Origin: Candidatus Omnitrophota bacterium
GTDB lineage: Bacteria > Omnitrophota > Gorgyraeia > Gygaellales > Profunditerraquicolaceae
Length of the DNA: 64,000 bases
Assembly (NCBI GenBank): GCA_016867115.1
Contig: VGKG01000002.1
Coordinates: 70,449-134,448, forward strand
Reading direction: 5' to 3'
Positions 37,257 to 47,264 of this stretch are shown in pieces (within the stretch, counting starts at the first letter, position 1; every line of letters starts with the position of its first letter). The position numbers and the translations under genes are program-made. The notes under the pieces were generated by a model, which was not told the origin of the DNA, did not search any database, and was given only the letters and a program-made list of their open reading frames with translations.

Positions 37257-38891
37257 ATGGCAAAACAATTATTATATCAGGATGAAGGCCGCAGAAAGAT
37301 CTTAAGCGGCGTGGAACAGTTAGCCAGGGCAGTGAAGGTGACCCTGGGCCCAAAGGGGCGCAATGTTGTCCTGGATAAGAAGTTCGGCTCACCCACCATC
37401 ACCAAAGACGGCGTTACCGTAGCCAAAGAGATAGACCTTGAGGATCCTTTTGAGAATATGGGCGCGCAGATGGTCAAGGAAGTTGCGGAGAAGACCTCTG
37501 ATGTCGCCGGCGACGGCACCACTACCGCCACGATCCTTGCCGAAGCGATATACCGCGAAGGATCAAAGAACGTGACCGCAGGCGCAAACCCTATGGCCCT
37601 GAAGCGCGGTATTGACAAGGCAGTGGAAAAGGTCTTTGAAGAGCTGAAAAAACTCTCCACTCCGATCAAAGATAAAAAAGAAGTGGCCCAGGTAGCTTCT
37701 ATCGCGGCAAACTGCGACACTACCATAGGCGACCTGATCGCCGAGGCTATGGATAAAGTAGGAAAGGATGGCGTCATCACCGTGGAAGAGGCAAAGGCGA
37801 CCGCGACGACATTGGAAGTCGTCGAAGGCATGCAGTTTGACCAGGGTTATCTTTCGCCCTATTTTGTCACGGATGCCGAAAGGATGGAGTGCATTTTAGA
37901 GGAGGTCTTCGTCCTCATCTACGAGAAGAAGATCTCGGCGTTAAAAGATATCCTTCCTCTCTTAGAGAAGATCGCCCGTTTGGGAAAGCCCCTTTTGATC
38001 ATTGCCGAAGAGGTCGAGGGCGAGGCCCTGGCAGCTTTGGTATTGAACAAGATCCGCGGCACTCTTTCCGCCTGCGCAGTGAAGGCTCCGGGATACGGAG
38101 ACAGGCGTAAGGCCATGCTTGAGGATATCGCCATCCTCACCGGCGGAAAAGCGCTGACCGAGGACCTGGGCATCAAGCTTGAGAGCGTCGACATCGAGGA
38201 CCTGGGCCGCGCAAAGAGAGTGAAAGTGGACAAAGAGAATACCACGATTGTCGAAGGCGCAGGTAAGACTCAGGCAGTGAACGGCAGGATCGCCCAGATC
38301 AAGAAGCAGATCGAAGATACGGATTCCGATTACGACAAAGAAAAACTCCAGGAGCGCCTGGCGAAGCTTGCCGGAGGCGTTGCCGTGATCAACGTCGGCG
38401 CTGCCACAGAGACTGAAATGAAAGAAAAGAAGGCGCGCGTGGAAGACGCATTGCATGCTACCCGCGCCGCAGTCGAAGAGGGGATCATACCCGGCGGCGG
38501 AGTAGGACTGCTACGTTGCATACCCGCGCTTGAGAAGGCAAAATTCGAAGGCGATGAAAGAATAGGCCTTGAGATAGTCAAGAGGTCGCTGGAAGAACCG
38601 TCAAGGCAGCTGGCGGCAAACGCAGGCCTAGAAGGTTCAGTCGTAGTGCAGCGTATCAAACAGGAGAAGGCCAGCGTCGGCCTGGACGTAGGCTCAGGCA
38701 ATTACGTAGACATGCTTGAAGCCGGCATCATTGACCCGACCAAGGTCACCCGTTCAGCGCTGCAGAATGCTTCAAGTATCGCAGGGCTCCTGCTGACCAC
38801 GGAAGCGGTGGTCACGGAAAAGCCGGAGAAGGAAGAAAAGATGCCTCCGATGCCAGGCGGCGGAATGGGCGGTATGGGAGGAATGTATTAA
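37257..38891 (+). CDS. groEL: Chaperonin GroEL
   Basis: [16 protein letters not shown]-terminal GGM repeats. Confidence 0.98.
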   Translation: MAKQLLYQDEGRRKILSGVEQLARAVKVTLGPKGRNVVLDKKFGSPTITKDGVTVAKEIDLEDPFENMGAQMVKEVAEKTSDVAGDGTTTATILAEAIYREGSKNVTAGANPMALKRGIDKAVEKVFEELKKLSTPIKDKKEVAQVASIAANCDTTIGDLIAEAMDKVGKDGVITVEEAKATATTLEVVEGMQFDQGYLSPYFVTDAERMECILEEVFVLIYEKKISALKDILPLLEKIARLGKPLLIIAEEVEGEALAALVLNKIRGTLSACAVKAPGYGDRRKAMLEDIAILTGGKALTEDLGIKLESVDIEDLGRAKRVKVDKENTTIVEGAGKTQAVNGRIAQIKKQIEDTDSDYDKEKLQERLAKLAGGVAVINVGAATETEMKEKKARVEDALHATRAAVEEGIIPGGGVGLLRCIPALEKAKFEGDERIGLEIVKRSLEEPSRQLAANAGLEGSVVVQRIKQEKASVGLDVGSGNYVDMLEAGIIDPTKVTRSALQNASSIAGLLLTTEAVVTEKPEKEEKMPPMPGGGMGGMGGMY

Positions 38892-38933
38892 AACAGTAGA
38901 TAGTATACTGTATACTGTATGCTGTATGCAGCA

Positions 38934-38963
38934 AAAAGGGCGAAAGGAAACTTTCGCCCTTTT
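38934..38963 (+). terminator. Intrinsic terminator after groEL
   Basis: aaaagggcgaaag-gaaa-ctttcgccctttt. Confidence 0.85.
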
Positions 38964-38973
38964 ATATTATTTC

Positions 38974-39002
38974 TTGACAAAAACTTAAAGATAGTGTAAA
39001 AT
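38974..39002 (+). promoter_or_regulatory. Promoter for guaB3-guaA
   Basis: TTGACA-17 bp-TAAAAT. Confidence 0.65.
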
Positions 39003-39089
39003 CCCAACATCATTTCAGTCGGAGTTCATCTGGAAGCAGTAAAAATCCATAATATATTGTAATATAATAGTTTAGAATAAGGAGTCGCA

Positions 39090-40250
39090 ATGGCAGAATG
39101 GATAGGTATAGGTAAGCGAAGCCGCCGTTGTTACGGCTTTGATGAAGTGGCGCTGGTGCCGGGTGAGAAAACAGTTAACCCGAACGAAGTGGATACTTCC
39201 TTTGAAATCGCCGGGAAAAAGTTCAAAGTCCCCATTGTCGCCGCGGCAATGGACGGGGTGGTGGATGTAAAGTTCGCCGTAGAGATGTCGAAAATCGGCG
39301 GCATCGCCGTGCTGAACCTTGACGGCGTGCAGACCCGTTACGATAACCCTGATTCGGTCTTAGAGCAGATCGCAAAGGCTACTCCCCAGAAAGCCACCGA
39401 GCTTATCCAGTCCCTGTATATCAAACCCATCAAAGAAAAGCTCATCTCTAAAAGGATCGCCGAGATAAAAAAGAAGAAGGGCACCGCGGCCGTAAGCTGT
39501 ATCCCGGCTCATGCGGAACGCTTTGCCGGGATCGCCGAGGAGAGCGGTGCGGATATATTCGTCGTCCAGTCTACTGTCACCACCACAAAGCATGTGGCCA
39601 GGGAATATAAAAGCCTTGACCTGGCCAGGTTCTGCAAGTCTGCCAAGATGCCGGTGATCCTGGGCAACTGCGTTACATACGAGACTACCCTGGAATTGAT
39701 GGAGGCCGGAGCCTCGGGGCTTTTGATAGGTATCGGGCCGGGTGCCGCCTGTACTACGCGCGGAGTGCTCGGCATCGGGGTGCCGCAAGTCACCGCTACC
39801 GTTGATGCTGCGGCAGCGCGCGATTTCTATCATAAGCGTTACGGAAAATATATCCCCATCATCACTGACGGCGGCATGAACCGCGGCGGGGACATCTGCA
39901 AGGCTTTTGCCAGCGGCGCCGATGCAGTGATGATCGGCTCAAGTTTTGCCCGCGCCGTCGAAGCTCCGGGGAGGGGCTACCACTGGGGCATGGCCACTTC
40001 TAATGTCAATCTCCCCCGCGGCACCCGGATCTATGTCGGCACCACCGGTACGCTTAAAGACATACTTTTTGGCCCGGCGAAAGTCGATGACGGATCGCAG
40101 AATCTGATGGGCGCCCTGAAGACCTCTATGGGCAGCCTGGGAGCGGCTAACCTTACTGCGATGCACGATGTAGAGATCATTATCGCCCCTTCCATACAGA
40201 CCGAAGGAAAGATTTTCCAGGCGAGCCAGAGAGTAGGGATGGGTAAATAA
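39090..40250 (+). CDS. guaB3: GuaB3-family IMP dehydrogenase-related protein
   Basis: YGFDEVALVP, AMDGVV, GIGPGAACTTRGVLG, HWGMAT. Confidence 0.9.
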   Translation: MAEWIGIGKRSRRCYGFDEVALVPGEKTVNPNEVDTSFEIAGKKFKVPIVAAAMDGVVDVKFAVEMSKIGGIAVLNLDGVQTRYDNPDSVLEQIAKATPQKATELIQSLYIKPIKEKLISKRIAEIKKKKGTAAVSCIPAHAERFAGIAEESGADIFVVQSTVTTTKHVAREYKSLDLARFCKSAKMPVILGNCVTYETTLELMEAGASGLLIGIGPGAACTTRGVLGIGVPQVTATVDAAAARDFYHKRYGKYIPIITDGGMNRGGDICKAFASGADAVMIGSSFARAVEAPGRGYHWGMATSNVNLPRGTRIYVGTTGTLKDILFGPAKVDDGSQNLMGALKTSMGSLGAANLTAMHDVEIIIAPSIQTEGKIFQASQRVGMGK

Positions 40251-41861
40251 ATGAAAAAATCCAGAAGAAAAAAGACGAAAGCAACTGCCAGGCCTAAGCC
40301 GGATAAGGAAGCCGGAAAGACAGTCAGACAAACAGTGCTGATCCTTGATTTCGGCTCGCAGTATACCCAGCTGATCGCCCGCAGGGTAAGGGAGAACAAG
40401 GTCTTCTCCCGGATCATTCCCTACAATACTCCGGCAAAAGAGATCGCCGCTATGGCCCCTAAGGGATTGATCCTCTCAGGCGGCCCTGCTTCGGTGACCC
40501 AGAAAAAGAGCCCGGTGCCGGATAAGGGGATATTCAAGTTAGGCGTCCCGGTCCTGGGGATCTGTTACGGCATGCAGGTCACCTGCGAGATGCTCGGCGG
40601 CAAAGTCAGGCATACCAGCGAGCGCGAATACGGGAAGGCCGAACTCTTCATCGACGATAACCGCGACCTCTTCAGCCATCTTCCGGGGAATTTCACCTGC
40701 TGGGCCAGCCACGGCGACCATCTGAAGAAACTTCCGCCCGGCTTTGCAGTGAGCGCTCATACCATGAATGCGCCCATAGCCGCCATCTCCAACCGCAAAC
40801 GCAAGATCTACGGGGTGCAATTCCATCCCGAAGTCACCCATACCGAACGCGGTAATCAGATCTTAAGCAATTTTCTCTTTAAGATCTGCGGCTGCCTCGG
40901 CCGCTGGACCATGCAGTCTTTTATAAAAGAGACGGTGGCCAATCTTAAGAAGGCTATTGGAAAGGACAAAGTAGTCCTTGGCCTTTCCGGCGGGGTCGAC
41001 TCTTCGGTGACCGCCCTTTTGATCCACCGGGCGATCGGGAAGAACCTGAGGAGCATATTTGTGGATAACGGGCTGTTGCGTAAAGACGAGCCCCAGCAGA
41101 TCAAAAAAGTCTTTAAGGAGATGTATCACCTTAACCTTGATTACGTGGACAGGAGCAAACGTTTCCTTGAGCGGCTCAAAGGCGTGACTGACCCCGAAGA
41201 AAAACGGAAGATCATCGGCAGCGAGTTCGTAAAGGTCTTTGAGGAAGAAGCTAAGAAGTTCAAGGGGGTAAAATTCCTTGCCCAGGGCACGCTCTATCCA
41301 GACGTGATCGAATCAGTCTCCGCAACCGGCGCTCCGACCAGCCGGATCAAGACCCATCATAATGTCGGCGGCCTTCCGGCGCAGATGAAATTAAAGCTTA
41401 TAGAGCCGTTAAGAGAGCTTTTTAAAGACGAAGTCCGCGCGATCGGAAAAGATATGGGCCTTCCCGAGCAGATAATTTACCGGCAGCCGTTTCCCGGGCC
41501 CGGGCTTTCCATCAGGATCATCGGCGAAGTGTCCAAAGAGAGGCTTGAGGTCCTGCGCGAAGTCGACCGCCGGGTGATCGAAGAGGTGCGGGCTGCGGGG
41601 TTTTATGAGCAGGTCTGGCAGTCTTTCGCCATACTTCTTCCGGTCAAAACCGTGGGAGTGATGGGCGATGAGCGCACTTACGAGAATGTGGTCGCTCTGC
41701 GCTGCGTCGAAAGCCAGGACGGCATGACTGCCGACTGGGTGAAGCTGCCTTACGTCGTCCTTGAGAAGATCTCAAACCGCATAATCAACGAAGTCAAAGG
41801 CGTAAACCGCGTTGTTTACGATATTTCCTCCAAGCCTCCTGCGACAATCGAATGGGAGTGA
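40251..41861 (+). CDS. guaA: GMP synthase (glutamine-hydrolysing)
   Basis: [34 protein letters not shown]. Confidence 0.98.
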   Translation: MKKSRRKKTKATARPKPDKEAGKTVRQTVLILDFGSQYTQLIARRVRENKVFSRIIPYNTPAKEIAAMAPKGLILSGGPASVTQKKSPVPDKGIFKLGVPVLGICYGMQVTCEMLGGKVRHTSEREYGKAELFIDDNRDLFSHLPGNFTCWASHGDHLKKLPPGFAVSAHTMNAPIAAISNRKRKIYGVQFHPEVTHTERGNQILSNFLFKICGCLGRWTMQSFIKETVANLKKAIGKDKVVLGLSGGVDSSVTALLIHRAIGKNLRSIFVDNGLLRKDEPQQIKKVFKEMYHLNLDYVDRSKRFLERLKGVTDPEEKRKIIGSEFVKVFEEEAKKFKGVKFLAQGTLYPDVIESVSATGAPTSRIKTHHNVGGLPAQMKLKLIEPLRELFKDEVRAIGKDMGLPEQIIYRQPFPGPGLSIRIIGEVSKERLEVLREVDRRVIEEVRAAGFYEQVWQSFAILLPVKTVGVMGDERTYENVVALRCVESQDGMTADWVKLPYVVLEKISNRIINEVKGVNRVVYDISSKPPATIEWE

Positions 41862-41887
41862 TACTTAAGCGATTCAGTAACCAGTAG

Positions 41888-41993
41888 CGTTTACCGCTTA
41901 CCCGTTCGTCTCCGCCACAAAAGATGGCGGGTCCTCACTGTTTACCGTTCACCGTAAAACATACGGTAAACGGTACACGGTTAACGGTAAACA
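41888..41993. repeat. Inverted heptamer arrays with a nested GC-rich hairpin
   Basis: cgtttac cgcttac ccgttc[..ccgcca-caaaaga-tggcgg..]ac tgtttac cgttcac / gtaaacg gtacacg gttaacg gtaaaca. Confidence 0.7.
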
Positions 41994-42021
41994 AAACTTC
42001 CATTATAATTTTTTGACTGGA

Positions 42022-45000
42022 ATGCCCCATTCCGAGTTCATCCACCTGCATCTGCACACCCAATACAGCCTCTTAGACGGCGCATGCCGCATCCCGGATA
42101 TCCTTAGCCTGGCGCAAAAATATAAGATGGATTCCCTGGCTATCACCGACCACGGGAACATGTTCGGCGCCATCGAGTTTTACCTTGAAGCGCAGAAAAG
42201 CGGCATCAAACCTATTATCGGCTGCGAAGCTTATGTCGCTGCGAACAGCCGCCTGGATAAGACCGCATCCGGCATAGATGAGGCCTCCTATCATCTGATC
42301 CTTTTGGCGCGCGACGAGACAGGATATCAGAATCTGATGAAGCTGGTCTCAGCCGGGTATCTCGAAGGTTTCTATTACCGGCCCCGGATCGATAAAGAGA
42401 TCTTGGGGCAATACTCCCGCGGCCTGATCGGCCTTTCCGCCTGCCTTAAGGGAGAGATCCCCGCGCTGCTGGCGGAGAGGCGCTTTAACGATGCCTTGAA
42501 GTGCGCTGACACCTATTTGAACATATTCGGAAAAGGCAATTTCTACCTGGAGGTCCAGCCAAACTCTATTCCCGAACAAAAAGTCGTAAATGACGGGCTG
42601 GTCAAAATTTCTAAGGAGTTAGGTATTCCCCTTGTCGCCACTAATGACGTGCATTACCTTAGCGCCTCCCATGCGGCAAGCCATGAGGCCCTGCTTTGCA
42701 TCCAGACTCAATCGACACTGGATGATCCTAATCATATGCGTTTTCAGACCGAGGAGTTTTATTTCCGCTCTCCGCAGGAGATGAAAGACGCCTTTAAAGA
42801 TATCCCCGAGGCGGTAACCAATACCGTTGAGATCGCCGGGCGCTGCAACCTGGAGCTTGATTTTACCCGGATACACCTGCCTAAATACGACCCGCCGGGA
42901 GAAAAATCTAAGGAGGACTTCCTGAGGGCCCTCTGCGACGAAGGCCTGAAAAGACGCTATCCCGGGGTGACGCCGGAGATCCAGCAGCGGCTTGAACATG
43001 AATTGAAGATCATTAAGAATATGGGTTTTGTCAGTTACTTCCTGATCGTCTGGGATTTCATCCACTTTGCCAGGGCTAAAGGTATACCGGTGGGGCCGGG
43101 CAGAGGCTCTGCAGCAGGAAGCCTGGTAAGCTTCCTTTTGGGGATCACTGATGTCGATCCCCTGAAATACAGCCTGCTTTTCGAAAGGTTCCTTAATCCC
43201 GAACGTTTAGGGCTCCCCGATATAGACATCGACTTCTGCTACGAAAGAAGGCCGGAGGTCATTGACTACGTGACTAACAAGTACGGCCGAGGCAATGTAT
43301 CTCAGATCATCACCTTCGGGACCATGCAGGCGCGCGCCGTAGTCCGGGACGTGGGAAGGGTCATGGGGATGAGTTACGCTGATGTGGACAGGATCGCCAA
43401 GATGATCCCCCCGCCACCTGACCCGACCAAGCCGGAAAACAACCTGAAGAACGCCCTGGAAAGCGAGGCCGAGTTAAGCAGCCTCTACAGGAACGATCCG
43501 CAGATCACCAAGCTCATCAATACCGGGCTCTCGCTTGAGGGTATGACGCGTCACGCATCAATCCATGCGGCGGGAGTGGTGATCGCTGATAAACCGCTGG
43601 ATAATTACGTACCTCTTTTCAAGACTGCTGACGAACAGATTGCCACCGGTTACAGCATGGAGTGGCTGGAGAAGATCGGCCTGCTGAAAGTGGATTTTCT
43701 GGGACTGCGCACCCTTACGGTCATCGATGAGACCGTAAAATTGGTCCGAAAGACCCGGGGTGAGGACATTGATATAGAGAACCTTCCCCTTGACGACGCA
43801 AAGACCTATCAGTTGCTCTCCGCAGCCCGCACGATCGGCGTGTTCCAGGTAGAAAGTACGGGCATGCGCGACCTCCTGCGCAAGCTTCAGCCCGACCGCT
43901 TCGAAGACCTGATCGCTCTGCTTGCCCTCTACCGTCCCGGCCCCATAGGTTCGGGGATGCTCGATGATTTTATCAAACGCAAGCATAACCTTACGCCGAT
44001 CAAATACGAGCATCCGACATTAGAGCCGATCCTGAAAGAGACTTACGGGATCATGCTCTATCAGGAGCAGGTCATGCAGATCGCATCCATCATGGCCGGC
44101 TTCTCGCTTGCCCAGGCAGACCTCTTGCGTAAGGCTATGGGCAAGAAGATCCCAGAGGTCATGGAGAAGCAGAGGAAGAACTTTATGGCCGGCTGCATGA
44201 AAAACGGCATCAAGGAGCTCTTGGCGAGCAAGATTTTCGACCTGATCGAATATTTCGCGGGTTACGGCTTCAATAAGAGCCATTCTACCGCCTATGCCCT
44301 GATCTCCTACCGTACCGCCTACTTGAAAGCGAACTTCCCCGTTGAGTTCATGACCGCGTTACTGACGTCGGAGCGCAATGACACTGATAAGATCGTAGAA
44401 TACGTCAATGAGTCCGGGCGCATGGGCCTCTCGATCTTGCCCCCCGATATCAACGAAAGCGGGGTTATGTTCGAAGCGGTTGACGAGAGATCGATCCGTT
44501 TCGGGCTTATCGCGGTCAAGAATGTGGGAGTAGGAGCTGCGGAGTCGATAGTCGCAGCGAGAAAGAACGGAAAGTCCGCGTCTCTGGAAGACCTGTGCCA
44601 GCGTATTGATTTAAGGCTCGCCAACCGCAAGGTCCTTGAGAGTCTGATCAAATGCGGAGCGCTGGATACATTCGCTTTATCGCGCGCACAGATGCTTTCA
44701 AGCCTTGAGTCCGTGTTGGAAAGCGCCTCGCGCAGGCAGAAAGACAAGGCCAAGGGCCAGATCTCATTTTTTGACGAAGCTTTCTCCTCAAACGGCTTCG
44801 GGCAGGTCTCCCTTAATAATAATTCGGCTCATGTTAAAGAGTGGCCTGAGCCGCAGCTCCTGGCTTTTGAGAAAGAGATGATCGGGTTTTATTTAAGCGG
44901 CCATCCCCTGGCGCGCTACGCCGGACAACTCAAGCGTTTTGCCTCCACCTCTACCGGCGCCCTGCGCCAGCACGCCGACGAAGAGGTGATCAAGATCGTC

Positions 45001-45477
45001 GGACTGATCCTGAAGGTCAAGCATACGGTCACCCGGGCAAAGCAGGAGAAGATGGCGATCATGCTGATGGAGGACCTGGAAGGGACGGTGGAGGTTATCG
45101 TTTTTCCGCGTGCCTTTCAGAAGGTGAGCCGCTATTTGCTGCCCGGCAGCGTGGTCCTGATCAAGGGAGCCCTGAACCTGAAAGAAGAGACTCCGAAGAT
45201 TTTCGCCGAAGACCTCTTTCCCGTGGATGAGATCTATAAACTCATCACCGGTTTAAAAATAAACCTCTCCGGCATCAGGGAAAACATATTTAACAGCCTC
45301 AAGGCGCTTCTTCTTGGCGCGCCCGGAAATATCCCTGTCTATCTGCACCTGGACACCCCGACTAAAACGCGCACGCATATCGTTGTGGGAGAGGGGCTTT
45401 ACGTAAAGCCTTCGGAAAAATTGATCCAGGACATAGAAGACCTCCTAGACGAAGAGCGCCTTTCGCTGGTAATTTAG
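42022..45477 (+). CDS. dnaE: DNA polymerase III alpha subunit
   Basis: HLHLHTQYSLLDG, GRGSAAGS, PDIDIDF, YGFNKSH. Confidence 0.98.
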   Translation: MPHSEFIHLHLHTQYSLLDGACRIPDILSLAQKYKMDSLAITDHGNMFGAIEFYLEAQKSGIKPIIGCEAYVAANSRLDKTASGIDEASYHLILLARDETGYQNLMKLVSAGYLEGFYYRPRIDKEILGQYSRGLIGLSACLKGEIPALLAERRFNDALKCADTYLNIFGKGNFYLEVQPNSIPEQKVVNDGLVKISKELGIPLVATNDVHYLSASHAASHEALLCIQTQSTLDDPNHMRFQTEEFYFRSPQEMKDAFKDIPEAVTNTVEIAGRCNLELDFTRIHLPKYDPPGEKSKEDFLRALCDEGLKRRYPGVTPEIQQRLEHELKIIKNMGFVSYFLIVWDFIHFARAKGIPVGPGRGSAAGSLVSFLLGITDVDPLKYSLLFERFLNPERLGLPDIDIDFCYERRPEVIDYVTNKYGRGNVSQIITFGTMQARAVVRDVGRVMGMSYADVDRIAKMIPPPPDPTKPENNLKNALESEAELSSLYRNDPQITKLINTGLSLEGMTRHASIHAAGVVIADKPLDNYVPLFKTADEQIATGYSMEWLEKIGLLKVDFLGLRTLTVIDETVKLVRKTRGEDIDIENLPLDDAKTYQLLSAARTIGVFQVESTGMRDLLRKLQPDRFEDLIALLALYRPGPIGSGMLDDFIKRKHNLTPIKYEHPTLEPILKETYGIMLYQEQVMQIASIMAGFSLAQADLLRKAMGKKIPEVMEKQRKNFMAGCMKNGIKELLASKIFDLIEYFAGYGFNKSHSTAYALISYRTAYLKANFPVEFMTALLTSERNDTDKIVEYVNESGRMGLSILPPDINESGVMFEAVDERSIRFGLIAVKNVGVGAAESIVAARKNGKSASLEDLCQRIDLRLANRKVLESLIKCGALDTFALSRAQMLSSLESVLESASRRQKDKAKGQISFFDEAFSSNGFGQVSLNNNSAHVKEWPEPQLLAFEKEMIGFYLSGHPLARYAGQLKRFASTSTGALRQHADEEVIKIVGLILKVKHTVTRAKQEKMAIMLMEDLEGTVEVIVFPRAFQKVSRYLLPGSVVLIKGALNLKEETPKIFAEDLFPVDEIYKLITGLKINLSGIRENIFNSLKALLLGAPGNIPVYLHLDTPTKTRTHIVVGEGLYVKPSEKLIQDIEDLLDEERLSLVI

Positions 45478-45480
45478 TGC

Positions 45481-45509
45481 TTGACACCGTATCTTTTTGG
45501 GGTTATTAT
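45481..45509 (+). promoter_or_regulatory. Putative promoter for the HU/IHF gene
   Basis: TTGACA-17 bp-TATTAT. Confidence 0.5.
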
Positions 45510-45564
45510 ACTTAGAAACAAGGCCAGACGCCTTTAAATCTGGAGTTTACCCCGGAGGTAGGAG

Positions 45565-45837
45565 ATGACTAAAAAAGATATTATCCTGAAAGTTTCAGAC
45601 GAGACCGGCTTAAAGCAGATAGATGTGAAAAAGGTCGTGCAGAAGACTTTTGATACGATTGTGGAGGCGCTGGTAAGGGGAGAAAAGATAGAGCTGCGCA
45701 ATTTCGGAGTCTTTAAGATCAAACAGCGTAAGTCCCGCACCGGAAGGAACCCGCGTACGAATCAGGTGATCCCTGTCCCACCGAGGAAAGTCGTCGTCTT
45801 TAAGGCAGGCCTTGAGATGAAGCAACAGGTTAAGTGA
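45565..45837 (+). CDS. HU/IHF family DNA-binding protein
   Basis: MTKKDI, IELRNFGVF, GRNPRT, FKAG. Confidence 0.95.
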   Translation: MTKKDIILKVSDETGLKQIDVKKVVQKTFDTIVEALVRGEKIELRNFGVFKIKQRKSRTGRNPRTNQVIPVPPRKVVVFKAGLEMKQQVK

Positions 45838-46019
45838 GCGCATAAGACCCTTCTCTATAGGATGAGAAGGCCTACCCCCTTGCGGGGTAAGTTATGGAGT
45901 CGGGTTTTAACTAATGGCGACATAACTTATAAGTGCGAACTTATAACCCACCGAAAAATACAGTAGATAGCAGTTAGCAGATAGTAGTTAGGGAAAATAC
46001 AAGCCAATCTAAAGATTTC

Positions 46020-47264
46020 ATGTCATACAAGAAAATCCCAGGTACAAGAGATATCCTACCCGAGGAGTCAGGCCTCTGGCAAAATATAGAAGAACTCAGC
46101 CGTGAAGTCTTCTGCCTCTACGGTTATCAGGAGGTCCGCACCCCATTAATCGAAGACGAATCGCTCTTTAACCGCTCCCTGGGAAATACCTCGGAAATAG
46201 TCCAGAAACAGATGTTCCTCATCCCGCATCAGGACCAGACTTATTGCCTCCGGCCCGAGGGGACAGCTTCGGTCGTGCGCGCATTCATCGAAAACAACCT
46301 GGACAAAGAAACGGGCTTCTCAAAACTTTTTTATCTGGGTCCGATGTTCAGGATGGAGCGGCCGCAAAAAGGGCGGCTGCGTCAGTTTCATCATATCGGC
46401 TGCGAGGCCATCGGCTCCTTAAGCGCAGACCTGGACGTAGAGACTATCTCCCTGGCCGACTCCCTGCTCAAGTGCCTGAATATCAACGGCTATACCATCA
46501 AGATCAATAACCTCGGCTGCGCAAAAGATAAGAAGAGCCTCATCGACGCCCTGCACAAGGCTTTAAAGGGCCAGTTGCCGCATCTGTGCCCGGATTGCCA
46601 GAGGCGCTATGAGACCAACGCCTTAAGGATACTTGACTGCAAGAATGAAGAGTGCAGGAGTATTGTCAGTAAGCTCAGGATCCATGACGAGTATCTGTGC
46701 CGGGATTGCGCCCAGCATTTCATCCGGGTAAAGGAGGGGCTTGACCTTTTAAAGATCGGATACGAAATAGTGCCGCACCTTGTGCGCGGCCTGGACTATT
46801 ACACCCGTACGGTCTTTGAGGTGACCCATCCGGATCTCGGAGCTCAGGATGCCCTGGGTGCCGGCGGCAGGTATGATAACCTGGTCAAAGAGCTGGGCGG
46901 CCCTGATGTAGGCGCGATCGGATTTGCGCTGGGCGTGGAAAGGTTATTATTGGCCTGTAAAATGCCCCGGCCTCAGGCCATCCGCCGCAGCTTCGCATAC
47001 CTTATTACTCTGGGCCAGGCAGCAGAAAAAGAAGGCATGAGATTGATCGATGATCTGCGGAAATCCGGCATCGCCTGCGATACGGATTACGAGAACAGGT
47101 CTCTGAAAGGCGCCATGCGCCGCGCCGACGACCTGAAGGCGGGCTTTGTTTTGATCCTGGGAGACGACGAGCTTAAGAAAGGCATCGTCACCCTGAAAAA
47201 TATGTCTTCCGGCGAACAGAAAGAGATAAGGCCCGAAGACCTGAAAAAGGAACTAAAATGTTGA
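46020..47264 (+). CDS. hisS: Histidine-tRNA ligase
   Basis: LRPEGTA, ERPQKGRLRQF, VRGLDYY, GGRYD. Confidence 0.97.
   Translation: MSYKKIPGTRDILPEESGLWQNIEELSREVFCLYGYQEVRTPLIEDESLFNRSLGNTSEIVQKQMFLIPHQDQTYCLRPEGTASVVRAFIENNLDKETGFSKLFYLGPMFRMERPQKGRLRQFHHIGCEAIGSLSADLDVETISLADSLLKCLNINGYTIKINNLGCAKDKKSLIDALHKALKGQLPHLCPDCQRRYETNALRILDCKNEECRSIVSKLRIHDEYLCRDCAQHFIRVKEGLDLLKIGYEIVPHLVRGLDYYTRTVFEVTHPDLGAQDALGAGGRYDNLVKELGGPDVGAIGFALGVERLLLACKMPRPQAIRRSFAYLITLGQAAEKEGMRLIDDLRKSGIACDTDYENRSLKGAMRRADDLKAGFVLILGDDELKKGIVTLKNMSSGEQKEIRPEDLKKELKC

Noticed and set aside
39003-39089. Purine riboswitch upstream of guaB3-guaA
   Set aside because: No recognisable three-way junction or conserved purine-riboswitch motifs
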